The translations under genes were made by a program, and so were the position numbers. DNA of 64,000 nt from positions 62,001 to 126,000 of the forward strand of contig CM082590.2 of NCBI GenBank assembly GCA_040954595.2, read 5' to 3'. The DNA comes from Balanoglossus misakiensis. Its lineage: Eukaryota > Animalia > Hemichordata. The notes beneath the pieces are model-generated. The model did no database searches. It was not told the DNA's origin and saw only the letters and a list, made by a program, of their open reading frames with translations. This document shows, piece after piece, positions 49,930-64,000 of the stretch (its first letter is position 1; every line of letters begins with the position of its first letter).

Positions 49930-51954
49930 TCAATTAAAATCAACAACAGATTCGCACAGGTTTATCAGTGAACAGCAGACATGAACAATTTTGTCGATCA
50001 TTGTGTTGCCCTCATCATCTTTGGAAAGAAACAAATTAATAGGAAGTGTCCCACCCAAAATATTATACTTTTGTCTTGCCATCCCAATAACCCTTTCAAC
50101 ATGTATTCTAACATTGGCAATTCTTCTTGTTGTTTCTACATCTACAGCAGACAACTGACTTTTACCTTTTGTAAAACTAGGAATTTTCATTTGAGCACAC
50201 AAGCAACCCACACTCTCCTCAATATTAAACCCTTGCTCTGTCAGCAAGTATTAAATCCCCTGGTAATAAATTATCTAGAATCCCACTGTTTTCAGTAATA
50301 TGTTTGTCACTAGCCCGCCCACCCCAAGCCCTGGATATAAATGAGACAGTACCTTGAGGAGTGATTCCAATGAGAAACTTAATTGTGTTGTGGTGTTTAT
50401 AAGAAGACCATGTTTCTGCCCGAGCTTTTAAATTTGATGACCTTTCTATGAATATTTCAAAACAATCGATTATCACAATGCATTTTTTACCAAAATATTT
50501 ACGAAACTTCATGGGCATTGTTTTCTGCAAACTACTGTAAATCGATCTGGCCAAAAGACAAACGGTTTCATTCTTACATACATGACATCAATTACAATAT
50601 TAACAATTCTAGAAACTGAAGATAACGAAACGGAAAACTCATAAGACAAGAACTGAATTGGTAAATTAAAGCGTAACCTCATTAGTGTCATAATGAACAT
50701 TCGAAATTTGTCGAGAGATGTGCGAGGGGGCAAGTAGTGTGCAATATAATTGTATAATGTAATTAAAACAGTAAAAGAAGATATCCCAGTCAAAAACTTC
50801 GCTTTCTCATCGTCGCCTTCAAAATATGCCTCCGAAAATCGACTTTCATGTTCTGACAGTTTCTGTTTCAATATAAGATTGTCTGATCTCAAATCGTGCA
50901 GCTCACTGGTCATACAGTCCAACATATACCCAGTGAGATCAGTTTGCGTTTCACGGCTACATTTGTTCGGGTCACTTTGGGGTTTGGGGGGTTTCTGTGC
51001 TTCCTCTAGCTCATATTCTTTCTGCTCCAATTTCCTCTTTCTTGTCTGTAAAGTGTAATCTATCGTATCTGCCTAAAGCCTCAGCTGCCTTATCTGTATT
51101 CTTCCCTACATTAACTGTTGGAACCCAATCTGGGTTGTTTCTATCGTACAAGTCTGCCTTTTTACCTAAGGGACAGGGGGTTGAGAGAGATGGATATGGG
51201 GAGAGAGAGAGAGAGAAATCTTGAACACTTGTTCTCCTTTCACATGGCATGACCTTTGACCCGCTAATGCTAGGGGCGCATTTGATTCCATTTCCTGATA
51301 TTTCTGGATAATGGGTATGGCAACACATTTTTTTAAAAAAAAATACAAAACGAGGTATCACACTTCCGGGCAGGGGCCTAAATTTAGTGTAATCATTTTC
51401 AGCGTAAATTTGCATTGTTCCTACGCGTTGTCGAACCCAGCATTGAAACTGACCTGGTTTGACCCCGCGAATGTAAACAAAACACTTACAGAATTTTTTA
51501 TAGAAAGAGTGCTGTGAGACCTTTACCAAATGAGTGCGACTCCTCAAACAGCCGTAAAAATTCATAAAGTAAAGTTTTTTTCAGTCGACAGAAAGTATAT
51601 CTGACTCTAAGCATCACCGGTACGGTTTATCGATACCGCCGCCGGCCGACGACGACAGCTCGCTGCCAGTGTAAGTTCAGTTGTGTTATCTGCAGATTCG
51701 CGTGTTTTTGTCGCGGCCAAATGCAAATCCGTAAATATTGTTGATGCCAAGTTGTGAAACATTTATTCGGTGTGTGATATAACAAGGTTTCAAAAGTTTC
51801 CAGTAAAACTTACCACTAAAAAAATGACTTGAACAAACCCGGACGTTGTCTAGGTTCTTATGATCAAAGTTTTGGCCGATCCTGGCTAACCATTCGCGCC
51901 GTCTCTCTTTTCACATTCTGGTCCTTGATTTGATATCACGGCAGGCAATCTATA
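49930..51954 (-). mobile_element. ISL2EU-type transposase pseudogene, copy 7
   Basis: Same as copy 6. Confidence 0.92.
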
Positions 51955-54000
51955 TAACTGCGAGAGAAAAAGAGAATCGTTATGTCCTACCACTAGGGGC
52001 GCACTAGATGCGATAAAGGTCGGGGAATCCCTAATGTTGACCTTTGACTTGTCACCACACGTGTACTGTTTGTTGATACTGTGAGCCTGTCACGCGTACA
52101 GCCAGAAATTGCCTCAAACTTTCACCGAATCCGGTCAAGAAGCGCCCGTGGTTTCAATATAGGTTGCCTAAACTCCACACAAGTGCAAGGAGGAGACTGA
52201 ATCCACAGGAAAATGACAGTAAGATTGTATTTTTGCATGATGTTTACAGTCATGTTGTGATTGTTTACATGCCGAGCGCTAGGGGTAGGGCATATGTTTA
52301 GGGCACCCAACAACAGCGTGCCGAGCAGAGCTGAGATAGCCGTAGCCGTCCAACCTTCCGACAGCGTGAAATATAGGGTTCGAAGGGGCCTGGCTCCGAT
52401 AATTTTCTGTTTTGTCCGCGTCTTCGACAACAACACACTCCTGCGGTGTTGGAGTGAACGCAGTAGAAATCCGTCGTGTGCTCAAATCTCTGTTTTCCGG
52501 ATCAAAATAACCGTATAACAAAACTGTTTTTTCAGTGATAAAATTACCCCTGTTTAATAATAACATTGTGAAACAAATATATAAACTTCAATAACGGTTA
52601 CAAATGAGATGACCGCTTCGCTGTTAATGTAACTTGTAAGTGGTTAGACCTTCGTTGAAAATTTTCAATCGGTGTGTAATAATAGTAGGTGGGTCGACAC
52701 CATGGTTCAGGGTTTGAATCGTTTTAATAGCTGTTTATTTCTCGAGCATTATCTCAGTTGTTTACAAAACCATCAGTTCTGTGGGGAAAAAAGAATAAAC
52801 ATGATGTAATGTTTTGAAAGTAGTAACATACATAATTACCATAATGAAATGCACATTGTGTACTCAGTGTATATTTCAGGGTATTTCTGTGATATGTAAA
52901 CATTCCGTCAGATGATGATTTTTATTTTGAGAAATTCTACAAAATGTTCAGTAATAACCTCTGTGAGCCCAAATTTCCCCTGGAGGCTTAAATTTTGGGT
53001 TATATTTTTAACTAATCTTGACAATTAAGACCTGGAATGATTTGTGAACGTACAAAGTACTTCTTTGTTAGTGCCATCTTGCCAGAATTTGTGGGTAAAT
53101 TTTTCACAAGGACATCAACACGCAAACCAACATAGAATCTTGTCACTGCAGATTTGTTTATTTTTGTAATGTGGTGTATTCTGTAGCAGAACTTTCATGT
53201 GCACAGCAAATGAAAGTACAACAGAATACTCCACATCATGAGTGAAAATAACTTCTGCATGGGGCAGGCTACAAATCGTGCATCATGTGTTATTTTATTA
53301 TGGCCATGTAGTGTCTTGTCCAGGGTCATAACATTGTCTCATGAGAACTGTACTAGTACTTCGTACTCATAGAATTTTGGAAAACTGATATTGTGCTGTT
53401 GCAATTAGTGTGTGTTTACTGTCTATATATTCCCTCACAATGAGCAATATGTAGACTCTGTCAACCATGTAATTTGTTTTTTTCCCTATACCATATGATT
53501 CAGTCTTAGCCAATCCAAAGTATGAAATACTGTGTGCATAAAAAGGGGAATATAGATTAACAATTTCAATTAATCATTTATCAATAATTTATTAATCATA
53601 TAATGATATATAAAATTGTCACTACACTATTTATAATACTTAACTTATTTATTGATCAATATTTCTAAAATCTGTATTTATTGACATCAGAGAGAATATT
53701 CTGTGAATGAATTTATCTTCAAACAAGCAATTACAATGAAATGGACACCTGTTCATTTAATTCAACTACAGACTGACTTTGTTATTTTTTAGAATATGTT
53801 TTAGTCAGCAATGATTTACAAATGTCACTATGCTTATTGTTTGTGAAGAAATTATTTATTAGATTACCTTATCATTGGTTTCTGATGACTCTTATGTGTA
53901 TATACTTTAATATTACAGCTCAGTTTAATTTTTCTGCACATACCTAGTATACATTTTTCTATAAATACATGCAACCACAACCAGGCAGGAATGTGATCAA

Positions 54001-56027
54001 TCAATTAAAATCAACAACAGATTCGCACAGGTTTATCAGTGAACAGCAGACATGAACAATTTTGTCGATCATTGTGTTGCCCTCATCATCTTTGGAAAGA
54101 AACAAATTAATAGGAAGTGTCCCACCCAAAATATTATACTTTTGTCTTGCCATCCCAATAACCCTTTCAACATGTATTCTAACATTGGCAATTCTTCTTG
54201 TTGTTTCTACATCTACAGCAGACAACTGACTTTTACCTTTTGTAAAACTAGGAATTTTCATTTGAGCACACAAGCAACCCACACTCTCCTCAATATTAAA
54301 CCCTTGCTCTGTCAGCAAGTATTAAATCCCCTGGTAATAAATTATCTAGAATCCCACTGTTTTCAGTAATATGTTTGTCACTAGCCCGCCCACCCCAAGC
54401 CCTGGATATAAATGAGACAGTACCTTGAGGAGTGATTCCAATGAGAAACTTAATTGTGTTGTGGTGTTTATAAGAAGACCATGTTTCTGCCCGAGCTTTT
54501 AAATTTGATGACCTTTCTATGAATATTTCAAAACAATCGATTATCACAATGCATTTTTTACCAAAATATTTACGAAACTTCATGGGCATTGTTTTCTGCA
54601 AACTACTGTAAATCGATCTGGCCAAAAGACAAACGGTTTCATTCTTACATACATGACATCAATTACAATATTAACAATTCTAGAAACTGAAGATAACGAA
54701 ACGGAAAACTCATAAGACAAGAACTGAATTGGTAAATTAAAGCGTAACCTCATTAGTGTCATAATGAACATTCGAAATTTGTCGAGAGATGTGCGAGGGG
54801 GCAAGTAGTGTGCAATATAATTGTATAATGTAATTAAAACAGTAAAAGAAGATATCCCAGTCAAAAACTTCGCTTTCTCATCGTCGCCTTCAAAATATGC
54901 CTCCGAAAATCGACTTTCATGTTCTGACAGTTTCTGTTTCAATATAAGATTGTCTGATCTCAAATCGTGCAGCTCACTGGTCATACAGTCCAACATATAC
55001 CCAGTGAGATCAGTTTGCGTTTCACGGCTACATTTGTTCGGGTCACTTTGGGGTTTGGGGGGTTTCTGTGCTTCCTCTAGCTCATATTCTTTCTGCTCCA
55101 ATTTCCTCTTTCTTGTCTGTAAAGTGTAATCTATCGTATCTGCCTAAAGCCTCAGCTGCCTTATCTGTATTCTTCCCTACATTAACTGTTGGAACCCAAT
55201 CTGGGTTGTTTCTATCGTACAAGTCTGCCTTTTTACCTAAGGGACAGGGGGTTGAGAGAGATGGATATGGGGAGAGAGAGAGAGAGAGAAATCTTGAACA
55301 CTTGTTCTCCTTTCACATGGCATGACCTTTGACCCGCTAATGCTAGGGGCGCATTTGATTCCATTTCCTGATATTTCTGGATAATGGGTATGGCAACACA
55401 TTTTAAAAAAAAAAAATACAAAACGAGGTATCACACTTCCGGGCAGGGGCCTAAATTTAGTGTAATCATTTTCAGCGTAAATTTGCATTGTTCCTACGCG
55501 TTGTCGAACCCAGCATTGAAACTGACCTGGTTTGACCCCGCGAATGTAAACAAAACACTTACAGAATTTTTTATAGAAAGAGTGCTGTGAGACCTTTACC
55601 AAATGAGTGCGACTCCTCAAACAGCCGTAAAAATTCATAAAGTAAAGTTTTTTTCAGTCGACAGAAAGTATATCTGACTCTAAGCATCACCGGTACGGTT
55701 TATCGATACCGCCGCCGGCCGACGACGACAGCTCGCTGCCAGTGTAAGTTCAGTTGTGTTATCTGCAGATTCGCGTGTTTTTGTCGCGGCCAAATGCAAA
55801 TCCGTAAATATTGTTGATGCCAAGTTGTGAAACATTTATTCGGTGTGTGATATAACAAGGTTTCAAAAGTTTCCAGTAAAACTTACCACTAAAAAAATGA
55901 CTTGAACAAACCCGGACGTTGTCTAGGTTCTTATGATCAAAGTTTTGGCCGATCCTGGCTAACCATTCGCGCCGTCTCTCTTTTCACATTCTGGTCCTTG
56001 ATTTGATATCACGGCAGGCAATCTATA
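54001..56027 (-). mobile_element. ISL2EU-type transposase pseudogene, copy 8
   Basis: Same as copy 6. Confidence 0.92.
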
Positions 56028-58073
56028 TAACTGCGAGAGAAAAAGAGAATCGTTATGTCCTACCACTAGGGGCGCACTAGATGCGATAAAGGTCGGGGAA
56101 TCCCTAATGTTGACCTTTGACCTGTCACCACACGTGTACTGTTTGTTGATACTGTGAGCCTGTCACGCGTACAGCCAGAAATTGCCTCAAACTTTCACCG
56201 AATCCGGTCAAGAAGCGCCCGTGGTTTCAATATAGGTTGCCTAAACTCCACACAAGTGCAAGGAGGAGACTGAATCCACAGGAAAATGACAGTAAGATTG
56301 TATTTTTGCATGATGTTTACAGTCATGTTGTGATTGTTTACATGCCGAGCGCTAGGGGTAGGGCATATGTTTAGGGCACCCAACAACAGCGTGCCGAGCA
56401 GAGCTGAGATAGCCGTAGCCGTCCAACCTTCCGACAGCGTGAAATATAGGGTTCGAAGGGGCCTGGCTCCGATAATTTTCTGTTTTGTCCGCGTCTTCGA
56501 CAACAACACACTCCTGCGGTGTTGGAGTGAACGCAGTAGAAATCCGTCGTGTGCTCAAATCTCTGTTTTCCGGATCAAAATAACCGTATAACAAAACTGT
56601 TTTTTCAGTGATAAAATTACCCCTGTTTAATAATAACATTGTGAAACAAATATATAAACTTCAATAACGGTTACAAATGAGATGACCGCTTCGCTGTTAA
56701 TGTAACTTGTAAGTGGTTAGACCTTCGTTGAAAATTTTCAATCGGTGTGTAATAATAGTAGGTGGGTCGACACCATGGTTCAGGGTTTGAATCGTTTTAA
56801 TAGCTGTTTATTTCTCGAGCATTATCTCAGTTGTTTACAAAACCATCAGTTCTGTGGGGAAAAAAGAATAAACATGATGTAATGTTTTGAAAGTAGTAAC
56901 ATACATAATTACCATAATGAAATGCACATTGTGTACTCAGTGTATATTTCAGGGTATTTCTGTGATATGTAAACATTCCGTCAGATGATGATTTTTATTT
57001 TGAGAAATTCTACAAAATGTTCAGTAATAACCTCTGTGAGCCCAAATTTCCCCTGGAGGCTTAAATTTTGGGTTATATTTTTAACTAATCTTGACAATTA
57101 AGACCTGGAATGATTTGTGAACGTACAAAGTACTTCTTTGTTAGTGCCATCTTGCCAGAATTTGTGGGTAAATTTTTCACAAGGACATCAACACGCAAAC
57201 CAACATAGAATCTTGTCACTGCAGATTTGTTTATTTTTGTAATGTGGTGTATTCTGTAGCAGAACTTTCATGTGCACAGCAAATGAAAGTACAACAGAAT
57301 ACTCCACATCATGAGTGAAAATAACTTCTGCATGGGGCAGGCTACAAATCGTGCATCATGTGTTATTTTATTATGGCCATGTAGTGTCTTGTCCAGGGTC
57401 ATAACATTGTCTCATGAGAACTGTACTAGTACTTCGTACTCATAGAATTTTGGAAAACTGATATTGTGCTGTTGCAATTAGTGTGTGTTTACTGTCTATA
57501 TATTCCCTCACAATGAGCAATATGTAGACTCTGTCAACCATGTAATTTGTTTTTTTCCCTATACCATATGATTCAGTCTTAGCCAATCCAAAGTATGAAA
57601 TACTGTGTGCATAAAAAGGGGAATATAGATTAACAATTTCAATTAATCATTTGTCAATAATTTATTAATCATATAATGATATATAAAATTGTCACTACAC
57701 TATTTATAATACTTAACTTATTTATTGATCAATATTTCTAAAATCTGTATTTATTGACATCAGAGAGAATATTCTGTGAATGAATTTATCTTCAAACAAG
57801 CAATTACAATGAAATGGACACCTGTTCATTTAATTCAACTACAGACTGACTTTGTTATTTTTTAGAATATGTTTTAGTCAGCAATGATTTACAAATGTCA
57901 CTATGCTTATTGTTTGTGAAGAAATTATTTATTAGATTACCTTATCATTGGTTTCTGATGACTCTTATGTGTATATACATTAATATTACAGCTCAGTTTA
58001 ATTTTTCTGCACATACCTAGTATACATTTTTCTATAAATACATGCAACCACAACCAGGCAGGAATGTGATCAA

Positions 58074-60102
58074 TCAATTAAAATCAACAACAGATTCGCA
58101 CAGGTTTATCAGTGAACAGCAGACATGAACAATTTTGTCGATCATTGTGTTGCCCTCGTCATCTTTGGAAAGAAACAAATTAATAGGAAGTGTCCCACCC
58201 AAAATATTATACTTTTGTCTTGCCATCCCAATAACCCTTTCAACATGTATTCTAACATTGGCAATTCTTCTTGTTGTTTCTACATCTACAGCAGACAACT
58301 GACTTTTACCTTTTGTAAAACTAGGAATTTTCATTTGAGCACACAAGCAACCCACACTCTCCTCAATATTAAACCCTTGCTCTGTCAGCAAGTATTAAAT
58401 CCCCTGGTAATAAATTATCTAGAATCCCACTGTTTTCAGTAATATGTTTGTCACTAGCCCGCCCACCCCAAGCCCTGGATATAAATGAGACAGTACCTTG
58501 AGGAGTGATTCCAATGAGAAACTTAATTGTGTTGTGGTGTTTATAAGAAGACCATGTTTCTGCCCGAGCTTTTAAATTTGATGACCTTTCTATGAATATT
58601 TCAAAACAATCGATTATCACAATGCATTTTTTACCAAAATATTTACGAAACTTCATGGGCATTGTTTTCTGCAAACTACTGTAAATCGATCTGGCCAAAA
58701 GACAAACGGTTTCATTCTTACATACATGACATCAATTACAATATTAACAATTCTAGAAACTGAAGATAACGAAACGGAAAACTCATAAGACAAGAACTGA
58801 ATTGGTAAATTAAAGCGTAACCTCATTAGTGTCATAATGAACATTCGAAATTTGTCGAGAGACGTGCGAGGGGGCAAGTAGTGTGCAATATAATTGTATA
58901 ATGTAATTAAAACAGTAAAAGAAGATATCCCAGTCAAAAACTTCGCTTTCTCATCGTCGCCTTCAAAATATGCCTCCGAAAATCGACTTTCATGTTCTGA
59001 CAGTTTCTGTTTCAATATAAGATTGTCTGATCTCAAATCGTGCAGCTCACTGGTCATACAGTCCAACATATACCCAGTGAGATCAGTTTGCGTTTCACGG
59101 CTACATTTGTTCGGGTCACTTTGGGGTTTGGGGGGTTTCTGTGCTTCCTCTAGCTCATATTCTTTCTGCTCCAATTTCCTCTTTCTTGTCTGTAAAGTGT
59201 AATCTATCGTATCTGCCTAAAGCCTCAGCTGCCTTATCTGTATTCTTCCCTACATTAACTGTTGGAACCCAATCTGGGTTGTTTCTATCGTACAAGTCTG
59301 CCTTTTTACCTAAGGGACAGGGGGTTGAGAGAGATGGATATGGGGAGAGAGAGAGAGAGAGAGAAATCTTGAACACTTGTTCTCCTTTCACATGGCATGA
59401 CCTTTGACCCGCTAATGCTAGGGGCGCATTTGATTCCATTTCCTGATATTTCTGGATAATGGGTATGGCAACACATTTTTTTAAAAAAAAATACAAAACG
59501 AGGTATCACACTTCCGGGCAGGGGCCTAAATTTAGTGTAATCATTTTCAGCGTAAATTTGCATTGTTCCTACGCGTTGTCGAACCCAGCATTGAAACTGA
59601 CCTGGTTTGACCCCGCGAATGTAAACAAAACACTTACAGAATTTTTTATAGAAAGAGTGCTGTGAGACCTTTACCAAATGAGTGCGACTCCTCAAACAGC
59701 CGTAAAAATTCATAAAGTAAAGTTTTTTTCAGTCGACAGAAAGTATATCTGACTCTAAGCATCACCGGTACGGTTTATCGATACCGCCGCCGGCCGACGA
59801 CGACAGCTCGCTGCCAGTGTAAGTTCAGTTGTGTTATCTGCAGATTCGCGTGTTTTTGTCGCGGCCAAATGCAAATCCGTAAATATTGTTGATGCCAAGT
59901 TGTGAAACATTTATTCGGTGTGTGATATAACAAGGTTTCAAAAGTTTCCAGTAAAACTTACCACTAAAAAAATGACTTGAACAAACCCGGACGTTGTCTA
60001 GGTTCTTATGATCAAAGTTTTGGCCGATCCTGGCTAACCATTCGCGCCGTCTCTCTTTTCACATTCTGGTCCTTGATTTGATATCACGGCAGGCAATCTA
60101 TA
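58074..60102 (-). mobile_element. ISL2EU-type transposase pseudogene, copy 9
   Basis: Same as copy 6, including its private SNPs. Confidence 0.92.
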
Positions 60103-62148
60103 TAACTGCGAGAGAAAAAGAGAATCGTTATGTCCTACCACTAGGGGCGCACTAGATGCGATAAAGGTCGGGGAATCCCTAATGTTGACCTTTGACTTGT
60201 CACCACACGTGTACTGTTTGTTGATACTGTGAGCCTGTCACGCGTACAGCCAGAAATTGCCTCAAACTTTCACCGAATCCGGTCAAGAAGCGCCCGTGGT
60301 TTCAATATAGGTTGCCTAAACTCCACACAAGTGCAAGGAGGAGACTGAATCCACAGGAAAATGACAGTAAGATTGTATTTTTGCATGATGTTTACAGTCA
60401 TGTTGTGATTGTTTACATGCCGAGCGCTAGGGGTAGGGCATATGTTTAGGGCACCCAACAACAGCGTGCCGAGCAGAGCTGAGATAGCCGTAGCCGTCCA
60501 ACCTTCCGACAGCGTGAAATATAGGGTTCGAAGGGGCCTGGCTCCGATAATTTTCTGTTTTGTCCGCGTCTTCGACAACAACACACTCCTGCGGTGTTGG
60601 AGTGAACGCAGTAGAAATCCGTCGTGTGCTCAAATCTCTGTTTTCCGGATCAAAATAACCGTATAACAAAACTGTTTTTTCAGTGATAAAATTACCCCTG
60701 TTTAATAATAACATTGTGAAACAAATATATAAACTTCAATAACGGTTACAAATGAGATGACCGCTTCGCTGTTAATGTAACTTGTAAGTGGTTAGACCTT
60801 CGTTGAAAATTTTCAATCGGTGTGTAATAATAGTAGGTGGGTCGACACCATGGTTCAGGGTTTGAATCGTTTTAATAGCTGTTTATTTCTCGAGCATTAT
60901 CTCAGTTGTTTACAAAACCATCAGTTCTGTGGGGAAAAAAGAATAAACATGATGTAATGTTTTGAAAGTAGTAACATACATAATTACCATAATGAAATGC
61001 ACATTGTGTACTCAGTGTATATTTCAGGGTATTTCTGTGATATGTAAACATTCCGTCAGATGATGATTTTTATTTTGAGAAATTCTACAAAATGTTCAGT
61101 AATAACCTCTGTGAGCCCAAATTTCCCCTGGAGGCTTAAATTTTGGGTTATATTTTTAACTAATCTTGACAATTAAGACCTGGAATGATTTGTGAACGTA
61201 CAAAGTACTTCTTTGTTAGTGCCATCTTGCCAGAATTTGTGGGTAAATTTTTCACAAGGACATCAACACGCAAACCAACATAGAATCTTGTCACTGCAGA
61301 TTTGTTTATTTTTGTAATGTGGTGTATTCTGTAGCAGAACTTTCATGTGCACAGCAAATGAAAGTACAACAGAATACTCCACATCATGAGTGAAAATAAC
61401 TTCTGCATGGGGCAGGCTACAAATCGTGCATCATGTGTTATTTTATTATGGCCATGTAGTGTCTTGTCCAGGGTCATAACATTGTCTCATGAGAACTGTA
61501 CTAGTACTTCGTACTCATAGAATTTTGGAAAACTGATATTGTGCTGTTGCAATTAGTGTGTGTTTACTGTCTATATATTCCCTCACAATGAGCAATATGT
61601 AGACTCTGTCAACCATGTAATTTGTTTTTTTCCCTATACCATATGATTCAGTCTTAGCCAATCCAAAGTATGAAATACTGTGTGCATAAAAAGGGGAATA
61701 TAGATTAACAATTTCAATTAATCATTTGTCAATAATTTATTAATCATATAATGATATATAAAATTGTCACTACACTATTTATAATACTTAACTTATTTAT
61801 TGATCAATATTTCTAAAATCTGTATTTATTGACATCAGAGAGAATATTCTGTGAATGAATTTATCTTCAAACAAGCAATTACAATGAAATGGACACCTGT
61901 TCATTTAATTCAACTACAGACTGACTTTGTTATTTTTTAGAATATGTTTTAGTCAGCAATGATTTACAAATGTCACTATGCTTATTGTTTGTGAAGAAAT
62001 TATTTATTAGATTACCTTATCATTGGTTTCTGATGACTCTTATGTGTATATACATTAATATTACAGCTCAGTTTAATTTTTCTGCACATACCTAGTATAC
62101 ATTTTTCTATAAATACATGCAACCACAACCAGGCAGGAATGTGATCAA

Positions 62149-64000
62149 TCAATTAAAATCAACAACAGATTCGCACAGGTTTATCAGTGAACAGCAGACA
62201 TGAACAATTTTGTCGATCATTGTGTTGCCCTCATCATCTTTGGAAAGAAACAAATTAATAGGAAGTGTCCCACCCAAAATATTATACTTTTGTCTTGCCA
62301 TCCCAATAACCCTTTCAACATGTATTCTAACATTGGCAATTCTTCTTGTTGTTTCTACATCTACAGCAGACAACTGACTTTTACCTTTTGTAAAACTAGG
62401 AATTTTCATTTGAGCACACAAGCAACCCACACTCTCCTCAATATTAAACCCTTGCTCTGTCAGCAAGTATTAAATCCCCTGGTAATAAATTATCTAGAAT
62501 CCCACTGTTTTCAGTAATATGTTTGTCACTAGCCCGCCCACCCCAAGCCCTGGATATAAATGAGACAGTACCTTGAGGAGTGATTCCAATGAGAAACTTA
62601 ATTGTGTTGTGGTGTTTATAAGAAGACCATGTTTCTGCCCGAGCTTTTAAATTTGATGACCTTTCTATGAATATTTCAAAACAATCGATTATCACAATGC
62701 ATTTTTTACCAAAATATTTACGAAACTTCATGGGCATTGTTTTCTGCAAACTACTGTAAATCGATCTGGCCAAAAGACAAACGGTTTCATTCTTACATAC
62801 ATGACATCAATTACAATATTAACAATTCTAGAAACTGAAGATAACGAAACGGAAAACTCATAAGACAAGAACTGAATTGGTAAATTAAAGCGTAACCTCA
62901 TTAGTGTCATAATGAACATTCGAAATTTGTCGAGTGATGTGCGAGGGGGCAAGTAGTGTGCAATATAATTGTATAATGTAATTAAAACAGTAAAAGAAGA
63001 TATCCCAGTCAAAAACTTCGCTTTCTCATCGTCGCCTTCAAAATATGCCTCCGAAAATCGACTTTCATGTTCTGACAGTTTCTGTTTCAATATAAGATTG
63101 TCTGATCTCAAATCGTGCAGCTCACTGGTCATACAGTCCAACATATACCCAGTGAGATCAGTTTGCGTTTCACGGCTACATTTGTTCGGGTCACTTTGGG
63201 GTTTGGGGGGTTTCTGTGCTTCCTCTAGCTCATATTCTTTCTGCTCCAATTTCCTCTTTCTTGTCTGTAAAGTGTAATCTATCGTATCTGCCTAAAGCCT
63301 CAGCTGCCTTATCTGTATTCTTCCCTACATTAACTGTTGGAACCCAATCTGGGTTGTTTCTATCGTACAAGTCTGCCTTTTTACCTAAGGGACAGGGGGT
63401 TGAGAGAGATGGATATGGGGAGAGAGAGAGAGAGAAATCTTGAACACTTGTTCTCCTTTCACATGGCATGACCTTTGACCCGCTAATGCTAGGGGCGCAT
63501 TTGATTCCATTTCCTGATATTTCTGGATAATGGGTATGGCAACACATTTTTTTAAAAAAAAATACAAAACGAGGTATCACACTTCCGGGCAGGGGCCTAA
63601 ATTTAGTGTAATCATTTTCAGCGTAAATTTGCATTGTTCCTACGCGTTGTCGAACCCAGCATTGAAACTGACCTGGTTTGACCCCGCGAATGTAAACAAA
63701 ACACTTACAGAATTTTTTATAGAAAGAGTGCTGTGAGACCTTTACCAAATGAGTGCGACTCCTCAAACAGCCGTAAAAATTCATAAAGTAAAGTTTTTTT
63801 CAGTCGACAGAAAGTATATCTGACTCTAAGCATCACCGGTACGGTTTATCGATACCGCCGCCGGCCGACGACGACAGCTCGCTGCCAGTGTAAGTTCAGT
63901 TGTGTTATCTGCAGATTCGCGTGTTTTTGTCGCGGCCAAATGCAAATCCGTAAATATTGTTGATGCCAAGTTGTGAAACATTTATTCGGTGTGTGATATA
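62149..64000 (-). mobile_element. ISL2EU-type transposase pseudogene, copy 10 (THAP exon beyond the window edge)
   Basis: Same ORF pattern as copy 7. Confidence 0.9.

Larger units (their letters stand above)
41925..64000 (-). repeat. Right arm: inverted tandem array of the same ~4.07 kb unit (41925-44888 truncated, 44889-48963, 48964-53034, 53035-57107, 57108-61182, 61183-edge)
   Basis: Reverse-complement ORF sets at 4071-4075 bp spacing; junction aagacctg|gaatgatttg. Confidence 0.97.

Noticed and set aside
1-64000. CRISPR array, rDNA/5S or histone-type tandem gene cluster, or prokaryotic IS5/ISL2 element
   Set aside because: There are no short repeat-spacer arrays and no rRNA or histone similarity. 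Spliceosomal introns and the THAP domain show a eukaryotic origin.

Overview
AT-rich, intron-containing animal genomic DNA (invertebrate-like; species not determinable here), almost entirely built from two young tandem arrays. (1) 1-18246 is a ~1.1 kb tandem array (16 full units plus a partial, running off the left edge). It is not ordinary satellite: each unit carries two minus-strand exons (134 nt + 190 nt, a phase 0-to-0 cassette of 108 codons) whose translation matches the C-terminal region of Integrator complex subunit 1 (INTS1). Next to it (18570-20532) lie one intact upstream INTS1 exon and a decayed, partly deleted second copy of the INTS1 3' exons. (2) 21761-64000 is a giant inverted structure of ~4.07 kb units: 4 copies on + (21761-38427), a 3.5 kb spacer, then at least 5.5 copies on - (41925 to past the right edge). 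Each unit carries a frameshifted ISL2EU (PIF/Harbinger-related) THAP-HTH-DDE transposase, and complete units also carry the convergent 3' tail of the ISL2EU second (YqaJ-type) ORF. The spacer holds a CpG-rich, apparently divergent promoter with decayed first exons, a P-superfamily-like MITE with a 7-bp TSD, and the 5' exon of the ISL2EU second ORF. No rRNA, tRNA or CRISPR features were seen. Protein identifications rest on recalled motifs, not on a database search.
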